IMG/VR virus record: IMGVR_UViG_3300033407_000069 | Span: 1-37,525 of that record | Length of the DNA stretch: 37,525 nucleotides | Direction: 5' to 3' (one strand) | Source: a virus | Lineage: Duplodnaviria > Caudoviricetes | In this document: positions 9,080 to 17,225 of the stretch, piece by piece | Position numbering within the stretch: the first letter of the stretch is position 1 | How the letters are laid out: every line of letters starts with the position of its first letter | Translations under genes and position numbers: made by a program | Notes under the pieces: model-generated | What the model saw: only the letters and a program-made list of their open reading frames with translations | Told to the model about the DNA's origin: nothing | The model's database searches: none

Positions 9080-9418
9080 ATGCGGCATCTAGGACTCGCA
9101 ATCGCCGTGACGGGGCTCCTGGCGCTTGTGGCGGCGTGTGGAGGCGGCTCAGGCAGCTCTGGCGGAGGCGAAGAGCGCGTGCTGCACCTCGGAGGCGGCG
9201 ACTATACGGAGGCTGAGTTCCGCACTCTGGCGCGAGCGGCCTACGTCGAAGCATCCGGCACTGAGCGATTCTGCCGATCTCTTGACGGCCTCCCGGCCAG
9301 TGAGATCGTACCGCTGATGTTGGAGCTTCAGGACGCAACGCCTGTGCAGGAAGCCGCGCCAGCGGACCGCGAGCGTGCAGCAGAGATTCTGCAAGAAGAG
9401 TGCGGCCGGCTCTTCTAG
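9080..9418 (+). CDS. Lipoprotein moron (antisense to tail operon)
   Basis: MRHLGLAIAVTGLLALVAAC-GGGSGSSGGG gives a signal peptide, lipobox Cys and Gly/Ser linker. ATG 9080 is 7 nt after the RBS. Confidence 0.85.
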   Translation: MRHLGLAIAVTGLLALVAACGGGSGSSGGGEERVLHLGGGDYTEAEFRTLARAAYVEASGTERFCRSLDGLPASEIVPLMLELQDATPVQEAAPADRERAAEILQEECGRLF

Positions 9419-9426
9419 CCACGCGC

Positions 9427-11826
9427 CTACACTCCCTCCATCGCGAGCCGCTGGCCCTGCGCGAGAGTGACGAACTCGACCGCGCGCGCGATCTCTTCTG
9501 GCGAGTCGGAGCGCGTGTTGACTGTGTTGTTGTTGATGATCGTCGTACCGCCGCCCTGCCCCGCGCCGCTGCGCGCTATCACCCGCTCTCCCGCCTCCAG
9601 CATCGCGAGCACTGGCCGTCCTGGAAGGCCCGGCACGATGCCGCCGTGGTGAAGGAATGGGACACCGGGAATATCAAAGCCAGGTGTTAGGTCTGGCAGT
9701 GGAATACTAAGCAGCCCGTCAATGAAGCCCTGAACGGCTCGCCGCCCAATGTCGTATAGCATCGTCGGCAGGTTGACGAGTGCATCTATGAATCGTTGCG
9801 GTAGAGCTGCAACCATACCAACGAGGGCAGCGAAAGCAAAAGTGAATACGTCTCTCACTCCACCCCATGCTGCAACGAACGCATCGCGCACCGCCTCAAA
9901 GCCGCCGACAATGCGGTCGCGAAGATCACTGATGCTGTCCGTGACGACCTGCACGATGACATCCCACGCGGTTGCGACGACTGCCACGATCACCGCCCAG
10001 GCGATCACAAAGATCGCATGAAAGACTTGAAGTCGATTGATAAATACATCGCGGATAAAGTCGAGCCGGTCACTCACGAGGTTTTGGATTCCGTCCCAGG
10101 CTTCCCCCCAGTCTCCCCTGAAGATCGCGCCCGCAATGCGGAACAGATCGTGTACAGTATCGAGCATGTTCTGGATTACGAGACGTATCAGGTCAAGCTC
10201 GTTCACAATGATCGTTCGGATCGCCTCCCAATTCTCACGAATGAAAGCAACAAAGGCGGTAACAACTTCCCTGATGACGATGAACGCTATTGCCCACTCC
10301 CCGAACTTTTCCTCTAGCCAATCGTCATTTTGAATCGCGGACTTGATCTCGTCCCAGTGTTCTTGGATGGCACCGATCAGAATCGGCAAGGCCACAAGGG
10401 CAAGCACCGCGAGAGAAGCTGGGCCGAGCGCGATCACAATGGCGAGTCCGATAGCCGCGATAGCGGCGATCATCGCTTCCTTGTGCGTGATTACGTACTC
10501 AAACACAGGCCGGAGGGCATCGATAATCGTCTGAAATCCGACACTGAACTGTCTCGCCAAATCTACGATGATCGGGATCATTGTGTCACGGAAGAAGCGG
10601 ACAAGCTCGACAAGCGTCTGTGCGAATGGCCGCATCCCCTCTGGCAGTTGCAGGAAGAGCGCGTGCAATTCTAAGCCCCGCCGCTGGAACGCCGCGACGG
10701 CTATTTCACCCAGAATCGTAATCGCATCGGCAACTTGATTGATGATGGGAGAGATCGCCATCATTGCGCTCGTCAGAAGCGGCAAGACCCGGCTCCCGAT
10801 GTCGATCATGATGACCTTCAATTGGTTTTGAAGGATCGAGAATTGCCGGTCGAACGTCGCGTTCATGCGCTCGTAAGCAACGTCTGTCAGACCGGCGCTG
10901 TCGCGAGCGGCGTCTAGGTTATCCGCGAACGCTTCAAAACCCTCGCCAGCAAGCGTCGTGATGGCGCCGCCCGCCTCAACGCTTGTGAACAAGTCACCGA
11001 CTGCAACCCCTGAGTCTTCAGCAGCGCGGTTCAGAACCTTTACCGCATCTACCATATCGCCGCCGCCCGCGATGAACTCCCGAAAACCCACCCCCGCCAC
11101 TTGCTCGAAGGCTTCGCCGACCTTGGTGCCTTCCCTGCCCAACTCAATAACCGCCGCCCGCAGAGACGTTGCGGCTACGCTGGTCGGGACGCCGGAGGCC
11201 GTGAGCGTCGCCAGGCCCGCCGTCACCTCCTCAATGCTGACGCCGGCAGCGGAAGCGGCCGGAGCCACCTGGAAGATCGAAGCTCCTAGTTCGTCTACCG
11301 TCGTCTTGCCAGCGCGAACGCCCGCCATGAGCACATCCGTCACGCGGGTGAGCTCGCTCGATTCGAGGCCCCAGGCGTTCATCACCGTCGTGGTTAGATC
11401 GACCGCCGTTGAGAGATCAGTCACGCCGGCAACAGCAAGCCGCGTATTCTGCCGCAGGAAGTCGATAGCATTATCTGGGGACACGCCCGCCGAGATCGCT
11501 TGATACAGCGCCTCAGCCGCACTCTTAGCGTCAACGCCCATCTCGGCCGACAGGTCCAACACTCCCCGGCGGAGCGCGTCCACTTGCTCTCGTGGTCCGT
11601 CGAAGAGCGTAGTGACTTCTGTGAAGGACGTTTCAAAGTCACGCGCCATATTGATCGCCACCGCGCCGAGCCCCACAATGGCCGCCCCAGCCGCGAGCGC
11701 TCCAGTCTGGAGGGCGCCACGTAGCGTACTAGCCAGGCCGCCGGCGCGCGTGTTCATGTTGCCGAGCGCGCCGCTCATTTCGTCGCGGGCGCGGATCAGG
11801 ATTTGCAGCTCGGCAGTACCGGCCAC
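9427..11826 (-). CDS. Tape measure protein (TP901-like family)
   Basis: 799 aa, Ala-rich helical; ELQILIRARDE N-terminus, GKTTVDELG core, Trp-periodic repeats; follows the chaperones. Confidence 0.95.
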   Translation of the reverse strand: MAGTAELQILIRARDEMSGALGNMNTRAGGLASTLRGALQTGALAAGAAIVGLGAVAINMARDFETSFTEVTTLFDGPREQVDALRRGVLDLSAEMGVDAKSAAEALYQAISAGVSPDNAIDFLRQNTRLAVAGVTDLSTAVDLTTTVMNAWGLESSELTRVTDVLMAGVRAGKTTVDELGASIFQVAPAASAAGVSIEEVTAGLATLTASGVPTSVAATSLRAAVIELGREGTKVGEAFEQVAGVGFREFIAGGGDMVDAVKVLNRAAEDSGVAVGDLFTSVEAGGAITTLAGEGFEAFADNLDAARDSAGLTDVAYERMNATFDRQFSILQNQLKVIMIDIGSRVLPLLTSAMMAISPIINQVADAITILGEIAVAAFQRRGLELHALFLQLPEGMRPFAQTLVELVRFFRDTMIPIIVDLARQFSVGFQTIIDALRPVFEYVITHKEAMIAAIAAIGLAIVIALGPASLAVLALVALPILIGAIQEHWDEIKSAIQNDDWLEEKFGEWAIAFIVIREVVTAFVAFIRENWEAIRTIIVNELDLIRLVIQNMLDTVHDLFRIAGAIFRGDWGEAWDGIQNLVSDRLDFIRDVFINRLQVFHAIFVIAWAVIVAVVATAWDVIVQVVTDSISDLRDRIVGGFEAVRDAFVAAWGGVRDVFTFAFAALVGMVAALPQRFIDALVNLPTMLYDIGRRAVQGFIDGLLSIPLPDLTPGFDIPGVPFLHHGGIVPGLPGRPVLAMLEAGERVIARSGAGQGGGTTIINNNTVNTRSDSPEEIARAVEFVTLAQGQRLAMEGV

Positions 11827-11827
11827 G

Positions 11828-12040
11828 TTATCTCTCTTCTCTCACGCGCGCCTCGGCTTCCATGAGGATGCTGAGGTCATCCAGAACAGTGGCTGGCGTG
11901 CGCATCAGCTCCTCATACGTCCAGTGCATCCGCTCCATGATGGAGAGGTAGGCTAGCTCACCTGGGAAACCGCCTCCGCCTCCGATACTCCATTTTCCCT
12001 GTGCGGCTCCGAGGGCAAGGTAGGCGTCCTCGATAAAGGG
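11828..12040 (-). CDS. C-terminal extension of tail assembly chaperone (-1 frameshift product, lambda gpGT-like)
   Basis: The -1 frame after the slippery site reads PFIEDAY...ERMHWTYEELMRTPATVLDDL and ends 1 nt before the tape measure start. Confidence 0.8.
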   Translation of the reverse strand, partial: PFIEDAYLALGAAQGKWSIGGGGGFPGELAYLSIMERMHWTYEELMRTPATVLDDLSILMEAEARVREER

Positions 12041-12402
12041 CTGCGCTCTTCCTCCGTCCGGTCGGCGTTGCGCTCGTTCAGCGCCTCCATGATGGCGTCG
12101 GTGGAGCGCTCCGGCAGCCGCTCGACGTTCTCCATCGTGACCGGCGCGTCCTCCGACCATGACACGATCATCTTGGAGAGGAGGGCCGAGATGTAACGCT
12201 GCTGCGACCACTCGGTGGAGATGTCGGTATCGGCGTCAGCGCCCCTGCTGCGTCTCCCGCCGCTCGACCGCACGTTGAGCTTTCCCGTCGCCGCGTCCTG
12301 CGCGAACTTCTTGTCGCCCAGCGTGATGAGCGCGCGCGCCTCCACCCAGCCGTCGCCCAGCTCCACGCGGAAGGTGTCGCCGCTGTCTGCGAACAGTCCC
12401 AT
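11953..12402 (-). CDS. Tail assembly chaperone (gpG-like)
   Basis: ATG 12402 (MGLFADSG); IVSWS...PVTMENVERLP motif; between tail tube and tape measure. Confidence 0.85.
   Translation of the reverse strand: MGLFADSGDTFRVELGDGWVEARALITLGDKKFAQDAATGKLNVRSSGGRRSRGADADTDISTEWSQQRYISALLSKMIVSWSEDAPVTMENVERLPERSTDAIMEALNERNADRTEEERSPLSRTPTLPSEPHRENGVSEAEAVSQVS
12034..12040 (-). other. -1 ribosomal slippery heptamer C CCT TTA
   Basis: XXXYYYZ heptamer in the correct phase of the chaperone frame (AGC CCT TTA). Confidence 0.8.
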
Positions 12403-12404
12403 CG

Positions 12405-12806
12405 CTACGCCGTCCTGTGGTAGACGGGAGCCGACGCGCGGATCATGTAGCTCTCTTCCCACAGCCCGCGCATGTCACCGTCCTGGCTGTCCAGCGAAAC
12501 GTAGGCGCCAGCGCCGTACCAGTAGTCCGCCGTGGTGCCACGGTCCGGGTACATGTAGAACGCGCGCGCCGTCGGGGCGTTGGCGATAGCGTCCGACTCC
12601 AGCCCGAAGAAGCCGGACTGGTCATAGTGCCGCTTCACCGTCATCGCGAAGTCGGCGAAGCCAGGCTGATACGTCTTGTTCGTGTCCCCATAAGACGTGT
12701 CCTCGATCATCTCGCGGTCGGCCTTGAGGCTGATGCCCGCCCCCTCTGTGACGAAGGCCCCGTTCCAGTAGAGGTAGGCGTTCCTGAACTTGATTGGTCC
12801 GGCCAC
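12405..12806 (-). CDS. Major tail tube protein
   Basis: 133 aa, AAAGGAG RBS, EDTSYGDTNKTYQPG motif; immediately upstream of the chaperone. Confidence 0.8.
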   Translation of the reverse strand: MAGPIKFRNAYLYWNGAFVTEGAGISLKADREMIEDTSYGDTNKTYQPGFADFAMTVKRHYDQSGFFGLESDAIANAPTARAFYMYPDRGTTADYWYGAGAYVSLDSQDGDMRGLWEESYMIRASAPVYHRTA

Positions 12807-12821
12807 TGTGCTGCTCCTTTC

Positions 12822-13892
12822 CTAACTGACCGCCTCAAGGACGGTCTTCATACGCGCTTGGAATGTGTGCGGGGCGACGGCCTCGCGCTGGAGTGCGCCG
12901 AGCCGTTCCCGTTCGTCCGGTTCATCGAGGTAGCGCCTGAGCAGCAGGCCCAGCGTTTCGGGTGTGCTGTACGCGGGCACCGTGTCGCCGAAGACTTCCT
13001 CAAGCTCCGGCCTGCTGTCGTCGCTCACCTGGAACACGCCGCACGCCGCCAGCTCGTAGCAGCGCGGGCCGATGCTGTAGGCCTCAAGCCCCGCCAGTGG
13101 CTTCGCCCCCACGAGGCCGCGCCCGTGCCGCCTTCCCTTCATCGCTTCCAGCGGCAGGAAGGTGTCGCGGCGGTGGAGCTGCAGCCCGATGCGGGCCTGC
13201 TGGTAGAGCTTGATCGCATCCGCGTTCTGCATCGTCTCGTTCTTCTGCACGTAGGGACGCAATCGCGAGCGCCCGATCTGCATGAGGCCGTGTAGGTGGA
13301 GGTCGATCCCCTCCCAGTCGACTTGCTCCAGGAACGCAACGCGGCTAGGGAAGCTCGTGCCGACAAAGACCACATCGGCGCTCTTCTGACGTCCGTTCCC
13401 GTTGGGCTGGTGGCGCGCTGGGTCGTAGGCATGGCCGACGTAGGCCGCGCGCGGGTTGTGCTCGCGGAAGCGCCCCAGTGACGCCCGGTCGCAGACGAAC
13501 GGAACGTCCACTAGCTCAGCGAACTGCAGCACCCAATCATCGTCATACGGGCATTCGGTGAAGTAGGCTGCAGTCTTGAGGCCAACGGAGCGCAGCACCT
13601 TGAACGTCGTTGCGGAGATGTGCATCGGCGCGACGGCGTACACGAGATCGACCTCGTTCACCAGCGCCGACATGACGATACGGTCCCCCGCCATCAGGAA
13701 GTGATCGATGGTGCCGGGCTCCGCCGCTGCCGTCACCTCTGCGAACTCGCGGAAGGCTGAGAAGAGCGACCAGATGCGCCCGTAGTCCATGCGGATCACC
13801 TCAGCGCCCAGCGCCTCCAGGCCCGCGCAGTGGCCCTCCCACACGTCGCGGGTCGCGTAGTCCGGCACTGGGGAGACGGCGAGGATCTTCAC
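12822..13892 (-). CDS. Glycosyltransferase, GT-B fold (CgeB-like)
   Basis: Start corrected to GTG 13892, overlapping the upstream stop. DVVFVGT...RVAFL, LYQQARIGL, PRCYELAACGVFQVSD and HTFQARM motifs. Confidence 0.9.
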   Translation of the reverse strand: MKILAVSPVPDYATRDVWEGHCAGLEALGAEVIRMDYGRIWSLFSAFREFAEVTAAAEPGTIDHFLMAGDRIVMSALVNEVDLVYAVAPMHISATTFKVLRSVGLKTAAYFTECPYDDDWVLQFAELVDVPFVCDRASLGRFREHNPRAAYVGHAYDPARHQPNGNGRQKSADVVFVGTSFPSRVAFLEQVDWEGIDLHLHGLMQIGRSRLRPYVQKNETMQNADAIKLYQQARIGLQLHRRDTFLPLEAMKGRRHGRGLVGAKPLAGLEAYSIGPRCYELAACGVFQVSDDSRPELEEVFGDTVPAYSTPETLGLLLRRYLDEPDERERLGALQREAVAPHTFQARMKTVLEAVS

Positions 13893-14047
13893 TCGGCCTC
13901 TTCCTTCTGGGCCTTGCCAGCACTCACGGGAGCAGGGGTGCCTTCGCTCTCCTGCATGAGCCAGCCGCACTCAGGGCAGGCCGCGCCCGCATCGCTGGGA
14001 TCGGCCTCGAAGTCGTGTGCTTGCGGACAACGAAATGCGAGTTTCAT
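13889..14047 (-). CDS. 52-aa Zn-ribbon protein
   Basis: MKLAFRCPQAH...CPECG; ATGA and GTGA coupling on its two sides. Confidence 0.75.
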   Translation of the reverse strand: MKLAFRCPQAHDFEADPSDAGAACPECGWLMQESEGTPAPVSAGKAQKEEAE

Positions 14048-14535
14048 GGATACGCCTCCCCGTAGACTTCTTGAATCCTGTGGCGTTCGTCGCGCTTCAC
14101 GTTGCGCGTCTCGATCTTCCTGAACCCTGCCGCCTGTAGGCACTCCGCAAGCCGCCGCACGGAGAAGCCCGTCGCGTGGCCCATGCCGGGGTCTTCGTGG
14201 CTGCCGAAGATCATCCGGCCCCAGATGGCCCAGCGCTCCGTCCGGCTGCGCGCGTTCAGAAAGCGGCGCATGAACCAGATGAGATCGGGCACGAAGACAA
14301 CGAGCCGGCCGTCAGGCCGAAGCGCGCGGCGGCATTCCTTCAACGCTGCTACGACCTGGACTTCCGGGAGATGCTCCAGGACGTGCGAGGCATAGATTTC
14401 CTCCAGGCCCCGGAACGGCAGCGCCCGAATGTCGGCGATGATCTTACCTTCACCAAAGGTTCCGCCCTGGCCGAATGCATCGACCTGAACGTAGCCCTCG
14501 CACGGGTGCCCTCCGCCGCCGATCTCGATCTTCAC
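14044..14535 (-). CDS. Class I SAM-dependent methyltransferase (type 11-like, glycan-locus type)
   Basis: IEIGGG motif I, ADIRALPF, IYASHVLEHL, ECRRALRPDGRLVVFVPD. Confidence 0.9.
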   Translation of the reverse strand: MKIEIGGGGHPCEGYVQVDAFGQGGTFGEGKIIADIRALPFRGLEEIYASHVLEHLPEVQVVAALKECRRALRPDGRLVVFVPDLIWFMRRFLNARSRTERWAIWGRMIFGSHEDPGMGHATGFSVRRLAECLQAAGFRKIETRNVKRDERHRIQEVYGEAYP

Positions 14536-14960
14536 TTGTACCCCACCACTTCAAGCATGAACGTGATGCACGGGTAGTCCTGCCCGTTCCAGGCGAAGGC
14601 GTCGTACTCTACGCCGATGATCTGTGAGCCGTTCGCGTGGCCGCCGATCAGTTGATTCGCCGATGTGTCGAAGGCGTCTAGCACCAGCTCGTACCAGGGT
14701 CGGCGCTGGCGCACCGCGTACTTCGTATCGGCGGGCTGGAATACCAGGTTCATCCCGATCACATGGCGGTTGATGCGCGGACCACCGCCCGCAGCGGGCT
14801 CCGGCGTCGAGGACTCTTCGAGGTTCACGAACATCGGGAACGTGCCGATGCTGACCGGCGGCTCGTCCGTCGCCTTCGCCGCGTTCTGGCCGGTGGGCGG
14901 CGTGATCGCCTCTTGGATCGTCGCGATGGAGGCCATGATGTCTTGCAGCTCGTCGCTCAC
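14532..14960 (-). CDS. Tail terminator/completion protein
   Basis: 142 aa, follows the adaptor in the expected neck position. Confidence 0.65.
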   Translation of the reverse strand: MSDELQDIMASIATIQEAITPPTGQNAAKATDEPPVSIGTFPMFVNLEESSTPEPAAGGGPRINRHVIGMNLVFQPADTKYAVRQRRPWYELVLDAFDTSANQLIGGHANGSQIIGVEYDAFAWNGQDYPCITFMLEVVGYK

Positions 14961-15799
14961 TAGAAGAAGCCCTTCCCGCGCACGAGCGGCTGCAGCAGTC
15001 CCTCAATGTCAGGGTCGGCCATCTTCCAGACCTCGAAGCTCCCGACGACCGGGTTCGCGATCACATTGGAATACGCCGTCTCGCGCCGCTTCCACATGCG
15101 GCCCGCCCACATGATCGCTGCCATCCTGACGGCAGGGGTGTAGACGTAGCGCACGATAGGCGCTGCGGTGAGGTGGGCAACATCCGTAGTGCCATTCACC
15201 CCGCGTACAATCGTCAGCGTGTTGGTCGAGATTGCCGAGACGTACATATCCTCGTCATCGATATTGATCGTCTGGCCGATCGCGAAGAGCGTGCCGTCTG
15301 CCACGTCAAGTCCGGCCTCTGCCGCGTCCAGCGCTTCTCCTGCCGTGCCGACGGCTTCGGTCTCTTCGGTATAGCCCCAGCGCCCGGCGATCTCGATGAG
15401 CCGCTTCCGTCCCGCAAAACCGGCGCGCTGGCCGTTCGTGGTGTCGAGACGCAGCATCGTCTTCGGCAACCCGTCTACGTCGTCGTTGCCAGCGCGTTCG
15501 ACGTAGTAGTCTGTGGCGGCTGCCAGCGTCAGCTCGAACGTCCGGTCGCCGTCCTCGTCCAGCTTTACCGTCGTTGCGGACAGCAAGTCGGGAATCCACA
15601 GCTCGCTCGCACCATTGCCGTGCAACACGAGCGTGTCGGTCTTCGCATAGAAGTAGCGGTTGCACCGCTCATCGACGCGGCGCGACGCCGTCTCCAGCGC
15701 GTCCAGGACGCTCGCCTGGTCTCGCGCATCGAGCGCAGCACCCTCAACGTAGGAGTTGGTGAAGTCCGTCAGATCGGCGTAAAGATTGAGCTGGCTCAT
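14960..15799 (-). CDS. Head-tail adaptor (gp6/gp15-like) with inserted beta domain
   Basis: YADLTDF...ASRRVDERCNRYF, GRWGY, PAVRMAAIMWAGRMWKRR, DPDIEGLLQP. Confidence 0.85.
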   Translation of the reverse strand: MSQLNLYADLTDFTNSYVEGAALDARDQASVLDALETASRRVDERCNRYFYAKTDTLVLHGNGASELWIPDLLSATTVKLDEDGDRTFELTLAAATDYYVERAGNDDVDGLPKTMLRLDTTNGQRAGFAGRKRLIEIAGRWGYTEETEAVGTAGEALDAAEAGLDVADGTLFAIGQTINIDDEDMYVSAISTNTLTIVRGVNGTTDVAHLTAAPIVRYVYTPAVRMAAIMWAGRMWKRRETAYSNVIANPVVGSFEVWKMADPDIEGLLQPLVRGKGFF

Positions 15800-16188
15800 C
15801 CTTCGTTCCGTTCCACAGCGGCCTTGAGCGCGGCTAAGAACAGCCCGTTCGCCTCCGCCTCAAAGTTGCCAAGGGCAGCCATGAAGAAGGGCCGGGCGGG
15901 CTGGCGGGAGCTGCCATGTTCAAAGATTCGCATGTAGAAGGACGGCCTCCGCGTATATCTGACGGTCGCCCAGGCGCGGCCTCTACGCACGCGGGTTTTG
16001 ACCTTGAGCAAGCGGCGGGCTTCCCCGCTACGGAAAGGCGTGGCGGGTTTTATGCGCCCCTTGGCAACATTGGCCGTCGCCCGGAGCGCCTGCCGATAGC
16101 ACTTGTTCTCGATCTTCGTCGGCATGTCCGAGAGGCGGCGTTGCAGCGCATCGAAGCCCTGGATTTGAATCGTCAGGCCCGTCGCCAT
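15796..16188 (-). CDS. HK97 gp10-like neck protein
   Basis: IQGFDALQRRL...FYMRIFEHGSSRQPARPFF motif. Confidence 0.85.
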   Translation of the reverse strand: MATGLTIQIQGFDALQRRLSDMPTKIENKCYRQALRATANVAKGRIKPATPFRSGEARRLLKVKTRVRRGRAWATVRYTRRPSFYMRIFEHGSSRQPARPFFMAALGNFEAEANGLFLAALKAAVERNEG

Positions 16189-16197
16189 AGCGCGCGC

Positions 16198-16275
16198 TTA
16201 CTCGGCAGGCTCCGGGTCTGGCGTCGGCGTCGGGTCTGGCTCTGGCTGTGGTGCCGGGTCTGGACCAACCATCAT
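16198..16275 (-). CDS. 25-aa proline-rich micropeptide MMVGPDPAPQPEPDPTPTPDPEPAE
   Basis: AAAGGAGG RBS just upstream of the ATG; fills an operon gap; not in the ORF track. Confidence 0.6.
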   Translation of the reverse strand: MMVGPDPAPQPEPDPTPTPDPEPAE

Positions 16276-16286
16276 GTGGCCTCCTT

Positions 16287-16478
16287 TCATTGGGCTGAGT
16301 CGCGCGTCGTGCGCCGTGTCCGGTAATGTCCCAATGGGCAGTTCTTAAGCCCGTCAGCACGAACGTCGAGCACCGTGCCGCATACTGGGCAATCGATAAG
16401 CGGCCCCTCGCGCCATGCCTTCTGCTCCGCCCGTGTCTCTTTCGCCAGCGCTCCATATCCGCCGTAGTCTCCGCTCAC
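16287..16478 (-). CDS. 63-aa Zn-finger protein
   Basis: CPVCG...CPLGH; GTGA coupling. Confidence 0.7.
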   Translation of the reverse strand: MSGDYGGYGALAKETRAEQKAWREGPLIDCPVCGTVLDVRADGLKNCPLGHYRTRRTTRDSAQ

Positions 16479-17050
16479 GGCGGCGCCACCAGCCCGTTCG
16501 CGCTCAGCGGGCGCCAGTAGCAGTCGAAGCGGATCGCGCCCGCCGTGATATCGGCGGTGCCAACCGTTCCAATGATGTCATCGTCCAGAAAGATTTCCTT
16601 GAATGCCGCAGGGATCGCGACGCTCGCGCCCGCGCCGCCAGTTGAGAGCCATCGCTTATTCGCGTCGATCGAGGCAGCGGCAGTTGTTCCTGACAGGAAC
16701 AAGCCCGTCGTACCCACCGCACCGAGAATGAGCGTCCCGCCGCCCGCGCTCACGAGGTCAACGGTGCAGAACGGCACCAGCTTCTCAACAACAACCTGGC
16801 CCGTCACGTTCACGAACGTACAGGTCGGACTGGCGAGCTGCCCAAACCCCGCCGCGCCAGTGAACGTGAATGTCGCACTCGCGCGGAAGGGGCCAGCGGT
16901 CATCAGGATCGCCCATGCCGAACCGTCGTAGACGTAAGTTGCGCCGCTGTCGGTCTCCAGGAACGTCGACCCAGTCGGCGGCGCGGTAGGCTTCGTATCG
17001 GTCGAGAGCCCGACGAAGTTCTGAATCGCCCGGATCAGCGCGACCGTCAT
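16475..17050 (-). CDS. Head fibre/decoration protein
   Basis: Start corrected to ATG 17050; GLSTDTKPT...GSTFLETDSG..YVYDGSAW N-terminal module plus a beta-rich C-terminal domain. Confidence 0.7.
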   Translation of the reverse strand: MTVALIRAIQNFVGLSTDTKPTAPPTGSTFLETDSGATYVYDGSAWAILMTAGPFRASATFTFTGAAGFGQLASPTCTFVNVTGQVVVEKLVPFCTVDLVSAGGGTLILGAVGTTGLFLSGTTAAASIDANKRWLSTGGAGASVAIPAAFKEIFLDDDIIGTVGTADITAGAIRFDCYWRPLSANGLVAPP

Positions 17051-17220
17051 GGCGTCACCACCGTTCTCCCCATTGCAGTCCAATCCATGCCGTCGTAGAT
17101 GAAGACGCGGAGCGTGTCAGTCTCATAGAACCGGGCACCCGGTGGCACGCCAGTGGTCGGCTTCACGTCGCCAGCCACGCCGGTATAGCGCTGGGCAGCG
17201 GTAGCGAGTACGACGGCCAT
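17047..17220 (-). CDS. 57-aa paralogue of the next gene's N-terminal module (not in ORF track)
   Basis: MAVVLATAAQRYTGVAGDVKPTTGVPPGARFYETDTLRVFIYDGMDWTAMGRTVVTP; ATGA coupling. Confidence 0.75.
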   Translation of the reverse strand: MAVVLATAAQRYTGVAGDVKPTTGVPPGARFYETDTLRVFIYDGMDWTAMGRTVVTP

Positions 17221-17225
17221 CGCGT

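Noticed and set aside
14044-14535. Methyltransferase as a DNA methylase
   Set aside because: It lacks DPPY/NPPY or PC motifs and is too short; SHVLEH-type motif fits small-molecule or glycan methyltransferases.
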